A stretch of 63,222 bases of DNA, filler included, from Octopus bimaculoides (GCF_001194135.2; 9 parts of 9 records of this genome joined end to end with filler, not necessarily neighbours in it); one strand, 5' to 3'. Positions 41,010 to 53,219 are shown, counted from the first letter of the whole stretch. Numbers and translations: made by a program. The notes: a model not told the origin generated them from the sequence alone.

Positions 41010-41170
41010 GACCCAACAGCCCCTTATCCTGCATACTACCTCATTGTCTTCGTCCAAGAAGACCCCTTAATTCAAAGAGTGACAGATTCCAAATTCCTTT
41101 TATCTTGTGTCTACACAAGTGGACAGATCAACGTGTCGACATCTGAACTGTCTGTCAAAGACACCATGTG
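41010..41170 (+). CDS. Exon of a ZP-module protein (end of ZP-N plus linker)
   Basis: Strong polypyrimidine tract and CAG acceptor, donor TG|GTAAGT. DPTAPYPAYYLIVFVQEDPLIQRVTDSKFLLSCVYTSGQINVSTS... fits the ZP-N pattern Y..xVxVQxxPxI..xDxxFxxxCxY. Confidence 0.75.
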
Positions 41171-41302
41171 GTAAGTCTATCACACTCACTCATATATATG
41201 TACGTGTGTATTATTCACATACATATAGATCTGTTGTTTGTCACTGTATATGTATGGGTCTCTATCTATGCATTTTTGTATTGGTATAATTTTTCTACAC
41301 AG

Positions 41303-41463
41303 GAAAATTAAAGACTACCACTGGGAAGTTATCCAAGGTTATATAGACATGTCCTATGAACTGGGTATATACGCAGATGACGGAACCTTCAACACGCCGA
41401 TTACGACGGTGAATTTCGGAGAGAAAATGGCTCTGAAGATTGACATGTCTGGAATAGATGAAG
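41303..41463 (+). CDS. Next exon of the ZP-module protein (linker and start of ZP-C)
   Basis: TTTTCTACACAG acceptor, donor AAG|GTATGC, phase-compatible with the previous exon across a 132-nt intron (TG+G=Trp). WKIKDYHWEVIQGYIDMSYELGIYADDGTFNTPITTVNFGEKMALKIDMSGIDE resembles ZP-C 'M.L.Y.D..F..P...V..G+.L.+.+'. Confidence 0.75.
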
Positions 41464-41872
41464 GTATGCAGACTCATTGAGACAAGCCAGTCGCTTTTTT
41501 TAATCAAAATCTGATATACTAACGTGTTTTATTTTGTTATTTCTGGTGTTCTCTCTTTCTAGTTTGTAGACAATATAGATTCATACCAAAGAAGTCCTGA
41601 AAAATGTAGGGATAAACAAATGAATTTTTATAGAAATTCAGAATGGAAGTGTATATTGTCTTGTTGTGTTAATGGTTTATTTTGACTGTGACAAATCTGA
41701 CTGGCAAGTTAAAGCTAGCGTTAATAGAAAAGAAGTTTTCAATTTGGTGTCAAGAAATGTTATTCAAAATACATTGAAATACTTAGAATCGAAACAGACA
41801 TGTGAGAAGTGTTCTAGGAGAAGTGTTCACAGAGTACACACACATAGCTCTATACGCATATATGTGTGTGTA

Positions 41873-41915
<43 letters not shown>

Positions 41916-42267
41916 TCATGTTGAATCGTTAATTCCAGCAGATTTTTTTCTCTCTCCGTTATATATATATATANNNNNNNNNNNNNNNNNNNNNNNNNNN
42001 NNNNNNNNNNNNNNNNNNNNNNNNNNNNNNNNNNNNNNNNNNNNNNNNNNNNNNNNNNNNNNNNNNNNNNNNNNNNNNNNNNNNNNNNNNNNNNNNNNNN
42101 NNNNNNNNNNNNNNNNNNNNNNNNNNNNNNNNNNNNNNNNNNNNNNNNNNNNNNNNNNNNNNNNNNNNNNNNNNNNNNNNNNNNNNNNNNNNNNNNNNNN
42201 NATATATATATATATATATATATATACGTATATCTATATATATATGTTTGGACCTTATATGGGTGGT

Positions 42268-42465
42268 TTAACCCTTTAGTATTCAGATTACTCCGTCTAA
42301 TTTAATACTTATCTATTCACATTGTTTTTAATTAATCATGCATTATCTCATAGCTTCTTTGTGATTGTTTAACTTTTAGAATGACATTGTAGGGTAAGTG
42401 TGAGATGTTGGATCTGGTATGGTTTAACATAAAACAGGCAAAATATTTGAGTGGATTAAATGCTA
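42268..42465. mobile_element. TTAA-CCCTTTAG (piggyBac-like) MITE family C copy
   Basis: TTAACCCTTTAGTATTCAGATTACTC... is homologous to 45197-45995. Confidence 0.7.
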
Positions 42466-42689
42466 TTTGTTTTTTTGTTTGGGCCAGTCGATAGTGATCG
42501 GACATATCGATAATGATCTGACATACTTGTGATCCTTAGCCTTCCAGCCATGACCACCTAACCTTACTTATATCGATGAATACCTTCTCCAGTATGACCT
42601 TATTCTTTTAGACTGTAGGATGCGATTCAATTCGAGCAAACCATATTTCGGTTACCACATCAAGTCTTTGGAAAAATAAGAATTATGCA

Positions 42690-43460
42690 TCAGCTTTGGC
42701 AGCGGAAAATGGATATGTCATAGAAAAAAGGAGAAGAATCATGACAGAGTTCTTCAACATGAACGTTTGTAACCAGCAAAGATTGAATTATGTGTCGTAC
42801 AGAGAAGTTGAAAAGAGAATTTAAACAAATAGACCCATGGAACATTTTGTCCAAAAAAAAAATGGCGACAAACTGAACTAATGGCTTACACCGTCAAACC
42901 GACGTTGTTATTGGTGGTGATGGGCTGAATGGTGATTAGCATTTCGTAGGGCCTTTCATCTGTTTGGCAAGGTTCACAAATGGTAAGTTTCTTGAGCTTG
43001 TTGCAATTCTTGTTTCATTTAGAATTCAGTACATGGAACTCATGTCAGGAAACTCAAAGAAAATCAAGAAGAAAGAAAACAAAACGTTGCAAGTGTTTTA
43101 TTTCTCGGTTGAATCAAAACGAATTTATTTTTCTTTTGCTCTGATCTCGTTTCAAAAGACATTTTCTGAAAGATCGAAAGCAAAATACTGTTCTATAATG
43201 GTTAATGCCACACCTGATTCCACAAATGTCCAAAAGACGCCATTTTTCATACGTTGACTTCAAAGATTAGATTGTGAGAATTTCAGATCCTTGAGAGATT
43301 TCTGTCTTTTGAAGACTGTTGTGCAAAAACAGCTTCTGAGATTGCAGGCTTGATAAAGTAAACTGAATAAAAACAGTATTCTTTTGGAAGATTGCAAGGG
43401 TTAGAGATACAGTGGTGATGATGCCAATATGACAGTCAAAATATGAGGGAGTAAAAAAAA
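42690..43460 (+). mobile_element. Decayed hAT transposase (ZMYM1/Tip100-like)
   Basis: LAFR, NGKFLELV, AKYCSIMVNATPDSTNVQKTPFFIR, ERFLSFEDCCAKTASEIA and DCKG..Y..DDANM parallel LAFRG, NGNF, YYSIIVDxTPD, ERF and CRGQGYDNGANM. Confidence 0.8.
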
Positions 43461-43574
43461 AAATGTCATTTGATAAAAAAAATAATTTCCACTTACCTTT
43501 AGGAAAATTGCAGAACTTAAGGATATGACGATTTACCAATATGGCATACAAGAATACAATGGAGTACAAGAGAC

Positions 43575-43575
<1 letters not shown>

Positions 43576-43611
<36 letters not shown>

Positions 43612-43751
43612 ACTGTTGTTGTTGCTGTTGTTGTTGTTGTTGTTTGTTTGTTTGTTCCTTCTCGAGCTATGCCTGACTCATAAGGGCCAGTCTCCCGGTT
43701 TCATTGGCGTATAGGTTCCCCGCCTAGACGGGACGCCGGTTCGTCGCAACT
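43576..43751 (-). mobile_element. Isolated SINE/LINE 3' tail with (CAA)n
   Basis: Reverse complement GCGACGAACCGGCGTCCCGTCTAGGCGGGGAACC...GAGAAGGAACAAACAAAC matches the tail of the SINE at 56375-56483. Confidence 0.7.
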
Positions 43752-44139
43752 AGAGACTCTTACTTTACGAAAATTCATTTGTCCCTGTTTTTTTTTTTCT
43801 CGAAATGTGGATGCCATGCCTTAAATTAAAGGAACACAAATCAACAGAATGTTATTACTGAAACAGTTACCTTTTAGGGAAATATTCAAAGTGTCCATAA
43901 TATCTTTTTCTTCAGTCCAAAACCGAAACAGCAGAAGTTGTTTATCATTGTCTTTTGTATGTCAACTCCGCCGTAATCAGCTCGACTTGCTGAGACGAAA
44001 GCATTTGTCCCAAATCTCAGAGGTAGCAAACTGACCTTGTAGGATGTTATCTGTCACCTCCAGATGTATGCTTCCCCAGATGTATGCTTCTCCAGATGTA
44101 TGCATATGCCTCTAGATGTATACTCCTTCAGACGTATAT

Positions 44140-44149
44140 GCTGTTGCTG

Positions 44150-44192
<43 letters not shown>

Positions 44193-44219
44193 GATTATTA
44201 TTATTATTATTATTATTAT

Positions 44220-44275
<56 letters not shown>

Positions 44276-44328
44276 TCGTTGTTGTTGTTGTTGTTATTAT
44301 TATCGTTGTTGCTGCTGTTATTATTATC
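44140..44328. repeat. Compound trinucleotide microsatellite (ATT)n-(AGT)n-(GTT)n; a larger compound tract lies at 46508-46826
   Basis: Direct reading. Confidence 0.95.
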
Positions 44329-44810
44329 GTTGGCACGCCGGGCGAAATGCTTAGCGGTATTTCGCCCGTCGCTACGTTCTGAGTTCAAATTCCACCGAGG
44401 TCGACTTTGCCTTTCATTCTTTCAGGGTTGATGAACTAAGTACCAGTGAAACACTGGGGTCGATGCAATCGACTAGCTTCCTGCCCCTAAATTTCAGGCC
44501 TTGTGCCTTTAGTAGAAAGGATTATTATTATCATCAGCATTATTATTAAAGTGGCGAGCTGACAAACTCGTTATTGACACGCGTGCATAGAATTATTTCG
44601 GACACTTGAAGGCGGAGAGTTGGCAGATTCGTTAAACATTTTTTCAGATTCTTTACATTCAGAGGTCAAATCCGACAGAGGCCATCTTTACCTTTTATTC
44701 TTTCGGAATCGATGAAATAAAGTACCAGTCAAGTACTAACGTCTATGCACTCGACAAAGCCCCTCCCCTCAAAACCTATGTCCTTGTAAATCAGAAATGG
44801 TTATTTCAGA
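44329..44810 (+). mobile_element. Two to three adjacent SINE family A copies (44329-44530 well preserved; 44549-44810 old)
   Basis: Core GAGTTCAAATTCCACCGAGGTCGACTTTGCCTTTCATT...AAGTACCAG. Confidence 0.8.
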
Positions 44811-45196
44811 CATTAGGTTTTATGTCCCTGTTTGATTCTGTTATCGAGGATTATTGATTTCAGATTTTAAGCTGTATTTTATCATTTTTTCGTAGTAATA
44901 CCTGTCTGTACTGGAAAAATCTCTTGGTCCTAAAAGCATGTCATTTGCCGAAATTTACAATGCCAATGTATACGAGTCAAAGACCTTTCAATCGAATTAA
45001 ATTGACATAGAAACGAAACTACACCATGACAATTTTGAGTAACTACAAATTAAATCCGCTGATTAGCTCAACAAAATGTACATCAAGTTGTAAAACAATG
45101 TTCCAAATCTTTATACATCACTCTAGGTATTCCCCTCACCCACCGGACAACGCCTACAATGGCAGACAGCACCAGCAGAACAATCAGTCAATGTGC

Positions 45197-45995
45197 TTAG
45201 CTCTTTAGCATTCAGATTACTCTGTCGAATGTAATGCTTATTTACTCACATTCTCTGGTATTAATTATGCATTATCTTGTAGCTTCGAGACGTTGACGAT
45301 GTGATCACTTTTAGAACGACATGATAGAGTAGGTGTGTGAGGCTGTGTCAGACTGGTTTGAATATAAAACAGGCAGAATATTTGGGTCAGATATTGCTGG
45401 TTTAACCCTTTAGCATTCAGATTACTCTGTCAAATGTATAGCTTATTTATTCACAATGTTTTGAATTAATCATGCATTTTCTTGTAGCTTAGAAATTTCG
45501 TTGTAGGGTAGGTGAGAGAGACCAAATCAGGTCAGTTTGAACAGTTTTATATGCAATCGTTCGATTCTGTGTTTGCTTTCCAAGAATTTTGATCTGGGAC
45601 CTTGTATTGAAATCAATGTAGTTACATTTGGGAAGATTCAGGGACTTATCAAATTATATTCGTCTTAAATTCTTTCTGATTGTAGTACAAAACCAGTAAT
45701 TTGAAGGGAGGGGTTGATACAGAGACAGAGAGCCAAAGAGCAAGAACATTTGAGCTAGATATTGCTGGTGGAGCTCTTTAGCGTTACACCAGCTGTTTAG
45801 CTATACTCTGTCAAATGTAATGCGTACGTATTCACATTGTTTTGAATGACTCACAAATTATCATGTACCTTCGAGGTTTAGATGATGGGGTTATTTATTT
45901 TTAGAATATTGTAAAATAGATGTGAGAGGCTGTATCTGGCTGGTCTGAGCACAAAACTGGTAGGATATTCGGGCCAGATATGAACAGCTTAAAGG
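45197..45995 (+). mobile_element. Cluster of three MITE family C units, two of them directly tandem
   Basis: CTTTAGCATTCAGATTACTCTGTC recurs at ~45203 and ~45407; a decayed third unit spans ~45745-45995. Confidence 0.75.
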
Positions 45996-46750
45996 ATATA
46001 GAACTGTTTCAAAAAATAAACATATCAGAAAATGATCTGGGGATATTAGTTCCACGCGGCGTGGAATCAGAACACTTTCGAGATATTAACTCCTAGTATA
46101 TTACGCAAAAGTGTGCGCACAAAAATGCACGCAAAGCACTTTTTCAAAAAAAGATCAGAAACCCAATTACCCATTTTATGTTCTTTACTAATTAATGGAT
46201 AATTAAAATTAAGCCGTTTGGGAATTTAATAATTAGTGGGTGGAGGGGCCTTTCAAACAGGTCTTGGTCAAAGTAGAAATATGTGTCTCGACGGCCCGGC
46301 ATTGTAGTGCAGTTGTTTCCCAGAGTGTCGTATAGATGTATTTGAGTTTGTAATGATTTCCCAAGGTTCGATTTTACGTTTCACCATTCAGTGATCAATA
46401 AATGAAATACTAGATAAGTACTGTTTAACATTGATCTAATCGATTGCTGCCTTCTCCCACCCAAAATGTGTGGCCTTTGTAACTATGTTAGAAATCCTAA
46501 TTCCTCTCCTTCTTCTTCTTCTTCTTCTTATTATTATTATTATTATTATTATTTTTTTTTTTTTTTTTTTTTTGTTGTAGTAGTAGTAGTAGTATCGTTG
46601 TTGTTGCTGTTATTATTATTATTATTATTATTATTATCAATATTATTATTGTTATCATTATTATTACTACATTATTACCATTACTACCGTTGCCATTATA
46701 TTATTATCAATAGTAGCATCATCATCAGCAGCAGCAGCAGTAGCAGTAGC

Positions 46751-46825
<75 letters not shown>

Positions 46826-47088
46826 CAGATTTGTGTTTAATGAAGTTATTAATGATCACGGGCAGCACATCAATGTTGATTATTGTAACAAACACAAATT
46901 AGACAGCCATTGGAGATGCATGAGGAGTGGAATTCTAAATAATAATAATAATAACAATAATGACAATAATAATAACAATAATAATAATNNNNNNNNNNNN
47001 NNNNNNNNNNNNNNNNNNNNNNNNNNNNNNNNTTAATTAATTAANNNNNNNNNNNNNNNNNNNNNNNNNNNNNNNNNNNNNNNNNNNN

Positions 47089-47700
47089 TGTGGGAGTGTG
47101 TGTGTGCGTGAGTGTGTTTGTGTCTTTCTGTCTGAGTGAGTGTGTTGTTTTAAATACCCTTGTGGTGTGTGTGTGTGAGAGAGAGAGAGCAACCGTATGT
47201 ATGTGTGAGGGGGTGTACATATGTGTGCGTATGTGTGTGTATGTATGTGTGCATCTGTGTGTGTGCGCGGGAGTGTTTTGTGTGAGTGTGGGAGTGTGTG
47301 TGTGCGTGAGTGTGTTTGTGTCTTTCTGTCTGAGTGAGTGTGTTGTTTTAAATACCCTTGTGGTGTGTGTGTGTGTGTAAGCAACCGTATGTGTGTGTGA
47401 TAGTTCATATGTATGTGTATGTCTGTATGTGTGCGTATGTCTATTTGTGCTGTGTGTTGGTGGGGGTGTTATGTGTGTGTACGNNNNNNNNNNTATGTAT
47501 GTGTATGTCTGTATGTGTGCGTATGTCTATTTGTGCTGTGTGTTGGTGGGGGTGTTATGTGTGTGTACGTGCGTTTGTGTGTGTCTCTAAGTATGTTTGT
47601 GTTTGAATTGTCCTTGTGGTGCGTGTGTGTGAGGGAGCAACTGTATGTGTGTGCATGTGTGTGTGAGCATGAATGTGTGTATCGTATTTATTAGGTGTCC
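47089..47700. repeat. GT-rich complex satellite (198-bp unit at 47089-47286 partly repeated from 47287)
   Basis: Direct repeat visible; 47405-47483 is also duplicated across a 10-N gap. Confidence 0.8.
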
Positions 47701-48719
47701 TTGTACGTTGGGTTTATCCAGGTGATGTGTATGTGTGTGCATGTGTGTTCCGTGTATGTTGGTACTAGGTATGCGTTTGTATGTGTGTGTATGTGTGTAT
47801 GTGGGTATGGTTTATGTAGTTTCCTGGTGTATATGTGTACATGTGTGCGTGCGCTGTAATTGTGAGTGATTAGTTTTGTTTGTATTGTTNNNNNNNNNNN
47901 NNNNNNNNNNNNNNNNNNNNNNNNNNNNNNNNNNNNNNNNNNNNNNNNNNNNNNNNNNNNNNNNNNNNNNNNNNNNNNNNNNNNNNNNNNNNNNNNNNNN
48001 NNNNNNNNNNNNNNNNNNNNNNNNNNNNNNNNNNNNNNNNNNNNNNNNNNNNNNNNNNNNNNNNNNNNNNNNNNNNNNNNNNNNNNNNNNNNNNNNNNNN
48101 NNNNNNNNNNNNNNNNNNNNNNNNNNNNNNNNNNNNNNNNNNNNNNNNNNNNNNNNNNNNNNNNNNNNNNNNNNNNNNNNNNNNNNNNNNNNNNNNNNNN
48201 NNNNNNNNNNNNNNNNNNNNNNNNNNNNNNNNNNNNNNNNNNNNNNNNNNNNNNNNNNNNNNNNNNNNNNNNNNNNNNNNNNNNNNNNNNNNNNNNNNNN
48301 NNNNNNNNNNNNNNNNNNNNNNNNNNNNNNNNNNNNNNNNNNNNNNNNNNNNNNNNNNNNNNNNNNNNNNNNNNNNNNNNNNNNNNNNNNNNNNNNNNNN
48401 NNNNNNNNNNNNNNNNNNNNNNNNNNNNNNNNNNNNNNNNNNNNNNNNNNNNNNNNNNNNNNNNNNNNNNNNNNNNNNNNNNNNNNNNNNNNNNNNNNNN
48501 NNNNNNNNNNNNNNNNNNNNNNNNNNNNNNNNNNNNNNNNNNNNNNNNNNNNNNNNNNNNNNNNNNNNNNNNNNNNNNNNNNNNNNNNNNNNNNNNNNNN
48601 NNNNNNNNNNNNNNNNNNNNNNNNNNNNNNNNNNNNNNNNNNNNNNNNNNNNNNNNNNNNNNNNNNNNNNNNNNNNNNNNNNNNNNNNNNNNNNNNNNNN
48701 NNNNNNNNNNNNNNNNNNN

Positions 48720-49090
48720 GACCTGGGGAGGGGGCTTATGTTAGAGTATGTTGAGCTGTGGTCTGTATTTTTGAATAAGGTTATTTTCCCTATTTATTCG
48801 TGTTTGGTCAGTGGTATTGTCTGAGCATTGGTATAATGGGAAAACTCGGAATTTGGGGGACTTGTTTTGTGCACAGAGATCTAAGTTCCCACTGAGTGGT
48901 ATCTGTCTTGTGGTGGGATCCCTCAATTGTTGGCGGTGGACTGTCATCCTTTCTCTGAGAGTGCGGCTCGTTTGCCCTATGTATTCTTTGTGGCACCCTT
49001 CCCACCTTATGGCGTAAAGTAAAGTTTTTGGTTGGTCTGTGAGCTAGTCTGTCATGGCTCACTGGTTTTTGGGACTGGTTTTGTGCACAT
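48720..49090 (-). mobile_element. Penelope-like element 3' fragment encoding a GIY-YIG endonuclease end
   Basis: EGCHKEYIGQTSRTLRERMTVHRQQ...LSGNLDLC...RINRENNLIQKYRPQLNIL* (YIG-x-T, R..R..H, RE..I..Y.P.LN). Confidence 0.85.
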
Positions 49091-49543
49091 CTCTATGTGT
49101 GTGTGTATATATGTGTGTTTGTGTCCGTGTGTGTGTGTGTGTGTGTGTGTGTTTGTGTCGTTTTTACTGGTGTAACGAGCCTCACTCTCAGAGAAAGGAT
49201 CTATATATGTGTATATATAGATCTACGTGTGTATACGTGTGTATACGTGTGTGTGTGTGTGCGTGCGTGCGTGATACATATACATATATGCAAATATACG
49301 TATTTATTATGTATGTACATATGTACGTATGTATTCGTGTATGCATGTAGGTACTATGTCCGTATGTATGTTTGCAGATATGTATGTATCTGATGTCAAA
49401 TATTCGGTAAAAATCGTAAACTGTTGGAAATGGGTGAATATATGTCAAAATAGAAAAATTTAATATGATTGTGAGAAATTTTTTCTAATTAAGGCGGTTA
49501 AATTTTAGTTGTATAGTGTTATGAAATAGCTATTAAATGCACA

Positions 49544-49580
<37 letters not shown>

Positions 49581-50869
49581 NNNNNNNNNNNNNNNNNNNN
49601 NNNNNNNNNNNNNNNNNNNNNNNNNNNNNNNNNNNNNNNNNNNNNNNNNNNNNNNNNNNNNNNNNNNNNNNNNNNNNNNNNNNNNNNNNNNNNNNNNNNN
49701 NNNNNNNNNNNNNNNNNNNNNNNNNNNNNNNNNNNNNNNNNNNNNNNNNNNNNNNNNNNNNNNNNNNNNNNNNNNNNNNNNNNNNNNNNNNNNNNNNNNN
49801 NNTATATATATATATATAAGTATATATATACATATATATAAATACTATATAAATATATACGCATACATACACATATATATGTACATACATATATTTGTAT
49901 ATACATGCATATATGGGCACAGGACATCACGGAACGTAAACAACATAAAATAAACATAAAATACGAAAACAAGATGAAATACGAAAAGAAATATGACAAT
50001 GAATATGTGTGTATGTATATATATATATATATACCTATTTGTATATATATGTATAAATGTGTATATACGTTTATATTTAATATATGTGTGTATATGCATA
50101 TATATAAATATATATATATAAGTATGTATGTAAGTATCCATATACATACATACATACATATTGAAAACAATTAAGTATTGTAGATTTGTTAGGAATTGGT
50201 ACATCGATGTGTCAGTCTTAATCTATAATAGAGCGTGTTCATAATCATAACAGCTATTAGTTATATTTATAACTGGATTAACTATATACAATTGAATTTG
50301 TTTTCAGCACATTCATCAAAAGATTTAATATTTGCAAATAAAGGTTTTGGATGAAATATCAGATAAACGAAAAGTAGAGGAACATTCGATGTTGGGAAAT
50401 ATATTTTTGCTTTCTGATTTTTTATTTGAATACACAACGTAGAATATAGGTTGCGGATGAATGTGGTTTGTAGAAGGTAAAATAAACGATGATATACCTC
50501 AGGGATTTTAATAAGATGCCAGCTGAATGGATAAAGGGAGTATTTGATAATGCTTTGTGAACGAAGAGCTTGTACGAGGACTAAAGAGATATATTTGTGG
50601 CGGTGAGTAACGAAGAAATAAAGGGAATAGCGGGAAATGTATTTAATCTGGGAAATAAAGAAATTGTCAATAAAATACGAAATAGGGATGGAAGCGATCT
50701 GTAATGAAATTGGTGGCACTTTTGTTTTATGAAGGTAAACCTATGACCCTAGACAGTTATTGACACATTCCATTGGAATGTTTACACGTGTATTTGAGTA
50801 CATGTATGAGACAAAGAGATACAGAGAGAGACGGAGAAAGAGAGATTGTGTGTGTGTGTGTGTTTTCTT

Positions 50870-51680
50870 GTTGCGTAATTTTGATTTTTGTGGTTTTCGT
50901 CACTGCATATCAAAATCATTAGAAAAAATTCTTTTAATGTCTCATATTGATGTGATTTTTGACGCTAAATCCGAATTTGTGATTCATGTATTCCAGAAAA
51001 ATTTTGTGAAAATGTTACAGGTGTTCAGTTTGATAATTTTCAGAATATTCAGCCTATCAGAATACACGCCTTCGCTGCCTCTTCCATCATCTGTGACAGT
51101 AGCGAGAAAGCGGTGAAGGGAGGGCACGGGCATGACAAAATATGAAACTAGCTACAGTAAACAGTGAAAAACATGTAAGGATTAGTGAGCAAATTAAATA
51201 TTTAGAAGCTACGAGCAAACAAACAGGAGCTGCTAGAAATAACAGTCAAAACATTAAAATATACAAGAGCAAATTTAACAGTGAAAACAATGAAAAACAT
51301 CAAAATATTTGAAAGCAAATTAGATATTTGAAAGCAACGAGCAAACCAACAGGATTTGCCAGAAATAACAGTCAAAACGTGGTGAAAATCATTGTGCGCA
51401 TGCGCAGCATCTTTGGTTACTATGAAAACAGAGTTCTACGCAATCAGATATGGAACACATGGTGCTTCTTTGCTTTGGTTACTATTGAAACAGAGTTCTT
51501 CGCCACGGTCATGTGTAAAATATTGATTGGCTAAATTTGCAATTTTAAAGGCTAATAACTTTTTAATTATGAGTTTATGGGGAAAATGAATTTCATTTTC
51601 ATAAATAGTATCCAAAACTTAATCCCTATACAGTTACGAAAATCACAAAGATCCGATAATTCTTTAACTTTTTCGTTACT
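50870..51680. mobile_element. Decayed DNA transposon or MITE with subterminal inverted repeats and internal duplications
   Basis: 50886-50905 vs reverse complement of 51631-51650 match at 17/20. Direct repeats at 51188-51252/51314-51378 and ~51411/~51472. Confidence 0.4.
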
Positions 51681-52752
51681 GATGCAAAACGGAGATCAAA
51701 ATATAAAATTTATATTTCTTTGAGTCAAACAACTTCTGGATATATGTGAACGAGTGGAGTTGTTAGTGTGGACACACAGAGACCCTATTTATGAGTTCTT
51801 CACCTACACACAAGATGTTACTTTCCATGCTGTGTACACATGTGATGTATGCATTTCTCTGTTTACCCTTAGTAAAGGTTTCCCTAATGATACGATGATG
51901 TACTAAAGAGTAGTTAACAGTGCCCTGTCTCTGCTACATCCCTTCATTTCACATAGACTTTGTCATTGCTGATGTGGGTACCATAGGTGATGCTGAGTAA
52001 CTTAATTGTCAATGTTGCAGAGATCTCCCCGTATATAACCTAGTTCCCTTAATAGTGATACTAATACTGACATCTCAAATAGATATGGTAGAATCGCATT
52101 AACTGCAGACAGCTCTGTCATTCATAACTTCCCAAATATGCTGAATTAATTTTTGTCAATCTCCCTAGCTTTATTTACAGCATCAGCTTATGCATTATTC
52201 ACGCCAATTCCAGGAGAAAAGTTGGTTACGGCGTTAGAGATAGAAGAACCAGCCATTATTTATGTCCATATTATACATTTGATCAATAATCTATATTCGA
52301 TTGATTACAAAATATGAATATGGACAAAATCCATTACTGTGTTGTGACCAACTCCTCCTGTTTTTTGTAGTTTTAGTTGTATATGTCAAATTGCCATCAT
52401 TAAAATACTGTGAATGACATTTTTGTCTCTGCTTTGTTAAATATAACAGGACGAACATGAAAAGCAAAAAGTCATCACGGAATCACCCATTGATAATCTA
52501 GTTTTGCCTGTTATTGATACGGTAGCGTCAGTTCTCATTGCTTTGCGGCATGGGGTATGTTGCCTGTTTTATAAATGCCATTCAGAAAAGAGAAGTAAGC
52601 TTGGCAAGTTTTAATAATTTCAGTCTCCAGAAGTGAGGCCGAGAGACAAAAGTCTTCCGATAGAAAGGTCAGACTCTTATTAATAGATTTCGGCAAGCAA
52701 AGGTTCTGTTCACCACAGTGCCTTGTCATATTGTACTTATATCCCCATCTCT

Positions 52753-52815
<63 letters not shown>

Positions 52816-53013
52816 ACTATCTATATATCGTCTCTCCCTCTCTCTCTCAGTATATATGTGTGTGTGTACGTACGTGTAAATGTAAGTATCTACATACATG
52901 TTACGAGTATGAGTGCATGCATATACATATGTATTTATGTATGTAAGAATATATGAATGTATGTATGTATATGTATGTATGTACATGTATGTATATAAGC
53001 ATATGTGTATATG

Positions 53014-53063
<50 letters not shown>

Positions 53064-53161
53064 NNNNNNNNNNNNNNNNNNNNNNNNNNNNNNNNNNNNN
53101 NNNNNNNNNNNNNNNNNNNNNNNNNNNNNNNNNNNNNNNNNNNNNNNNNNNNNNNNNNNNN

Positions 53162-53219
<58 letters not shown>

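Noticed and set aside
51188-51500. Repeat-spacer appearance suggesting a CRISPR-like array
   Set aside because: Only two copies each of two unrelated units, inside a probable transposon remnant, in a eukaryote with no cas genes.
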